IMG/VR virus record: IMGVR_UViG_3300048576_000582
Coordinates: 1-47,494 of that record
Source: a virus
Lineage: Duplodnaviria; Caudoviricetes
Strand: one strand, 5' to 3'
DNA length: 47,494 nt
In this document: positions 46,242-47,494 of the stretch, piece by piece
Layout: each line of letters opens with the position of its first letter
Position numbering within the stretch: the first letter of the stretch is position 1
The notes under the pieces: model-generated
Told to the model about the DNA's origin: nothing
The model's input: only the letters and a program-made list of their open reading frames with translations
Databases searched by the model: none
Made by a program: the position numbers and the translations under genes

Positions 46242-46266
46242 AGCTGGCCTTTTAGGTCAGTTTTTT
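46242..46266 (+). terminator. Terminator left from the original target RNA gene
   Basis: AGCTGGCCT-TTT-AGGTCAGT plus T run, ~15 nt after CCA. Confidence 0.7.
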
Positions 46267-46615
46267 GTTTTGGTACAACTTTTGGTACGTGTCCTTCTCC
46301 AAGTCCAAGCCGAACTTTATATTTTGTCTTTTATTAATAAACTATCTCTGAAATTCATTTAATTACTTATTATCACAAAGGGTTTAAGCTTTGTATATAG
46401 AATTATTTTAATGACAAAATGATGGATAACCGGATAAGGGGTTAATGAATTGTTTAACCATAATAGGTAATTTTGGATTAATTAATGATGAACTTTCAAT
46501 TCCTTACAGGAGGAAATGTGCTCGTTATTCGCTTTCGAATATAAAAACTAAAAGCCTGTAGAGTTTGTGTTTACGTTTGCGAAATATATAGAAGATTTTT
46601 AATTACAATAGGAGC

Positions 46616-47494
46616 TTGTTTGAAATGGTACAGAGAGTTATAAAAGTCGAACAAAACCTTGCGTGGACTAATAAAGCTGATATGTTAGCATGGAGATTAA
46701 ATAAATTAGTCGAAGGAAATCAAGTTACAATAACATTTGAAGGAGGACGTTGGTTAGCACCAATTGATTTGGTTTTATTAGTACTTGCAATTCGGATAGT
46801 CTATGAAAAGACAAAAATAAAAGTTCGACTAGATAAAATTGCACCGAATGTCGATTCATATTTAAAATTAATGTCAACTTATGATTTGATAGATGATATT
46901 TGTATACTTCCAGAAGAATCAAAAGGTTTTAAGCTCTTTTCTAAATCATCCATACCTTCCAATAAGTATGTTGTTTTAACTGAAATGAAAGAACTAGTGG
47001 ATATTGAGCAGTTTATTATTCATTTGAATGAGGTGTTATTACGTAATTATCCAGGAGATGAAATGGCTATGTATAGGGGAAAAGTCAGTACAGTCGTCCT
47101 GGAAGCTTGTTCTAACGGTGTTGAACATAGCCAGGGGCAAACCTATGGTGTAGTTCAGACGTATGACTATGAAAATGCACAAAGGTTGGTACATATTGCT
47201 ATTGGTGACAATGGTATTGGCATACCTGCACATTTGTCTCAACGCTATCCCCACCTAGGGGATGCTGATTATATCTTTATAAAAAGAGCGTTAGATGGGT
47301 TTAGTGGGAGGAAAGGGAAAAGGGGAGGGAATGGTCTTAGACGAATTAGAGAAATTTGTAATGAGCAATCAGGATTGTTTTCCATTAGATCCGGCTGGAT
47401 GACTTTAGCTGTTCTTCCGGAAGAGAGAAAACGTACTAATAATGCTATTTTCCCTGGCACACAACTAAATATTGTATTGTATCCACATAAATAG
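46616..47494 (+). CDS. STAS-like + GHKL (histidine-kinase-like) ATPase protein outside the prophage
   Basis: EACSNGVEHS N box, GDNGIGI G1, GGNGL G2. Confidence 0.75.
   Translation: MFEMVQRVIKVEQNLAWTNKADMLAWRLNKLVEGNQVTITFEGGRWLAPIDLVLLVLAIRIVYEKTKIKVRLDKIAPNVDSYLKLMSTYDLIDDICILPEESKGFKLFSKSSIPSNKYVVLTEMKELVDIEQFIIHLNEVLLRNYPGDEMAMYRGKVSTVVLEACSNGVEHSQGQTYGVVQTYDYENAQRLVHIAIGDNGIGIPAHLSQRYPHLGDADYIFIKRALDGFSGRKGKRGGNGLRRIREICNEQSGLFSIRSGWMTLAVLPEERKRTNNAIFPGTQLNIVLYPHK

Overview
Most of the window is one apparently complete ~42.4-kb temperate prophage (3860-46227) of a probable Bacillota (Firmicutes) host, judged from strong GGAGG ribosome-binding sites, a BhlA/UviB holin and a GAAC-N4-GTTC box. 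Its virion module is podovirus-like and follows the Bordetella phage BPP-1 plan. It is bounded by the direct repeat GCACGC(T/C)CCGCCTCCACCA, which looks like the 3' end of tmRNA, and it sits directly after the right end of a second, related prophage (1-3871), forming a tandem array. Main observations: (1) both prophages carry a lysis cassette with a YkuD/L,D-transpeptidase-like endolysin and a dual-coded locus, where two membrane-anchored coiled-coil proteins (142 aa and 122 aa in both diverged copies) start 2 nt apart behind one ribosome-binding site; this is a candidate lipobox-free spanin system. (2) The att core lies inside the serine integrase gene, so its C-terminus is swapped on recombination; here it is fused to an HTH tail from the neighbouring prophage. 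(3) A Tad1-like anti-defence gene lies between 32-bp inverted repeats. (4) A Dam-like methyltransferase is split exactly at an A_AAA_AAG -1 slippery site. Also present: a lox-like site next to a tyrosine recombinase, a D-armless tRNA-like element, a polyvalent ejection protein with ART and metallopeptidase domains, and a CX5R phosphatase. All family calls come from motif recognition by eye; no searches were run.
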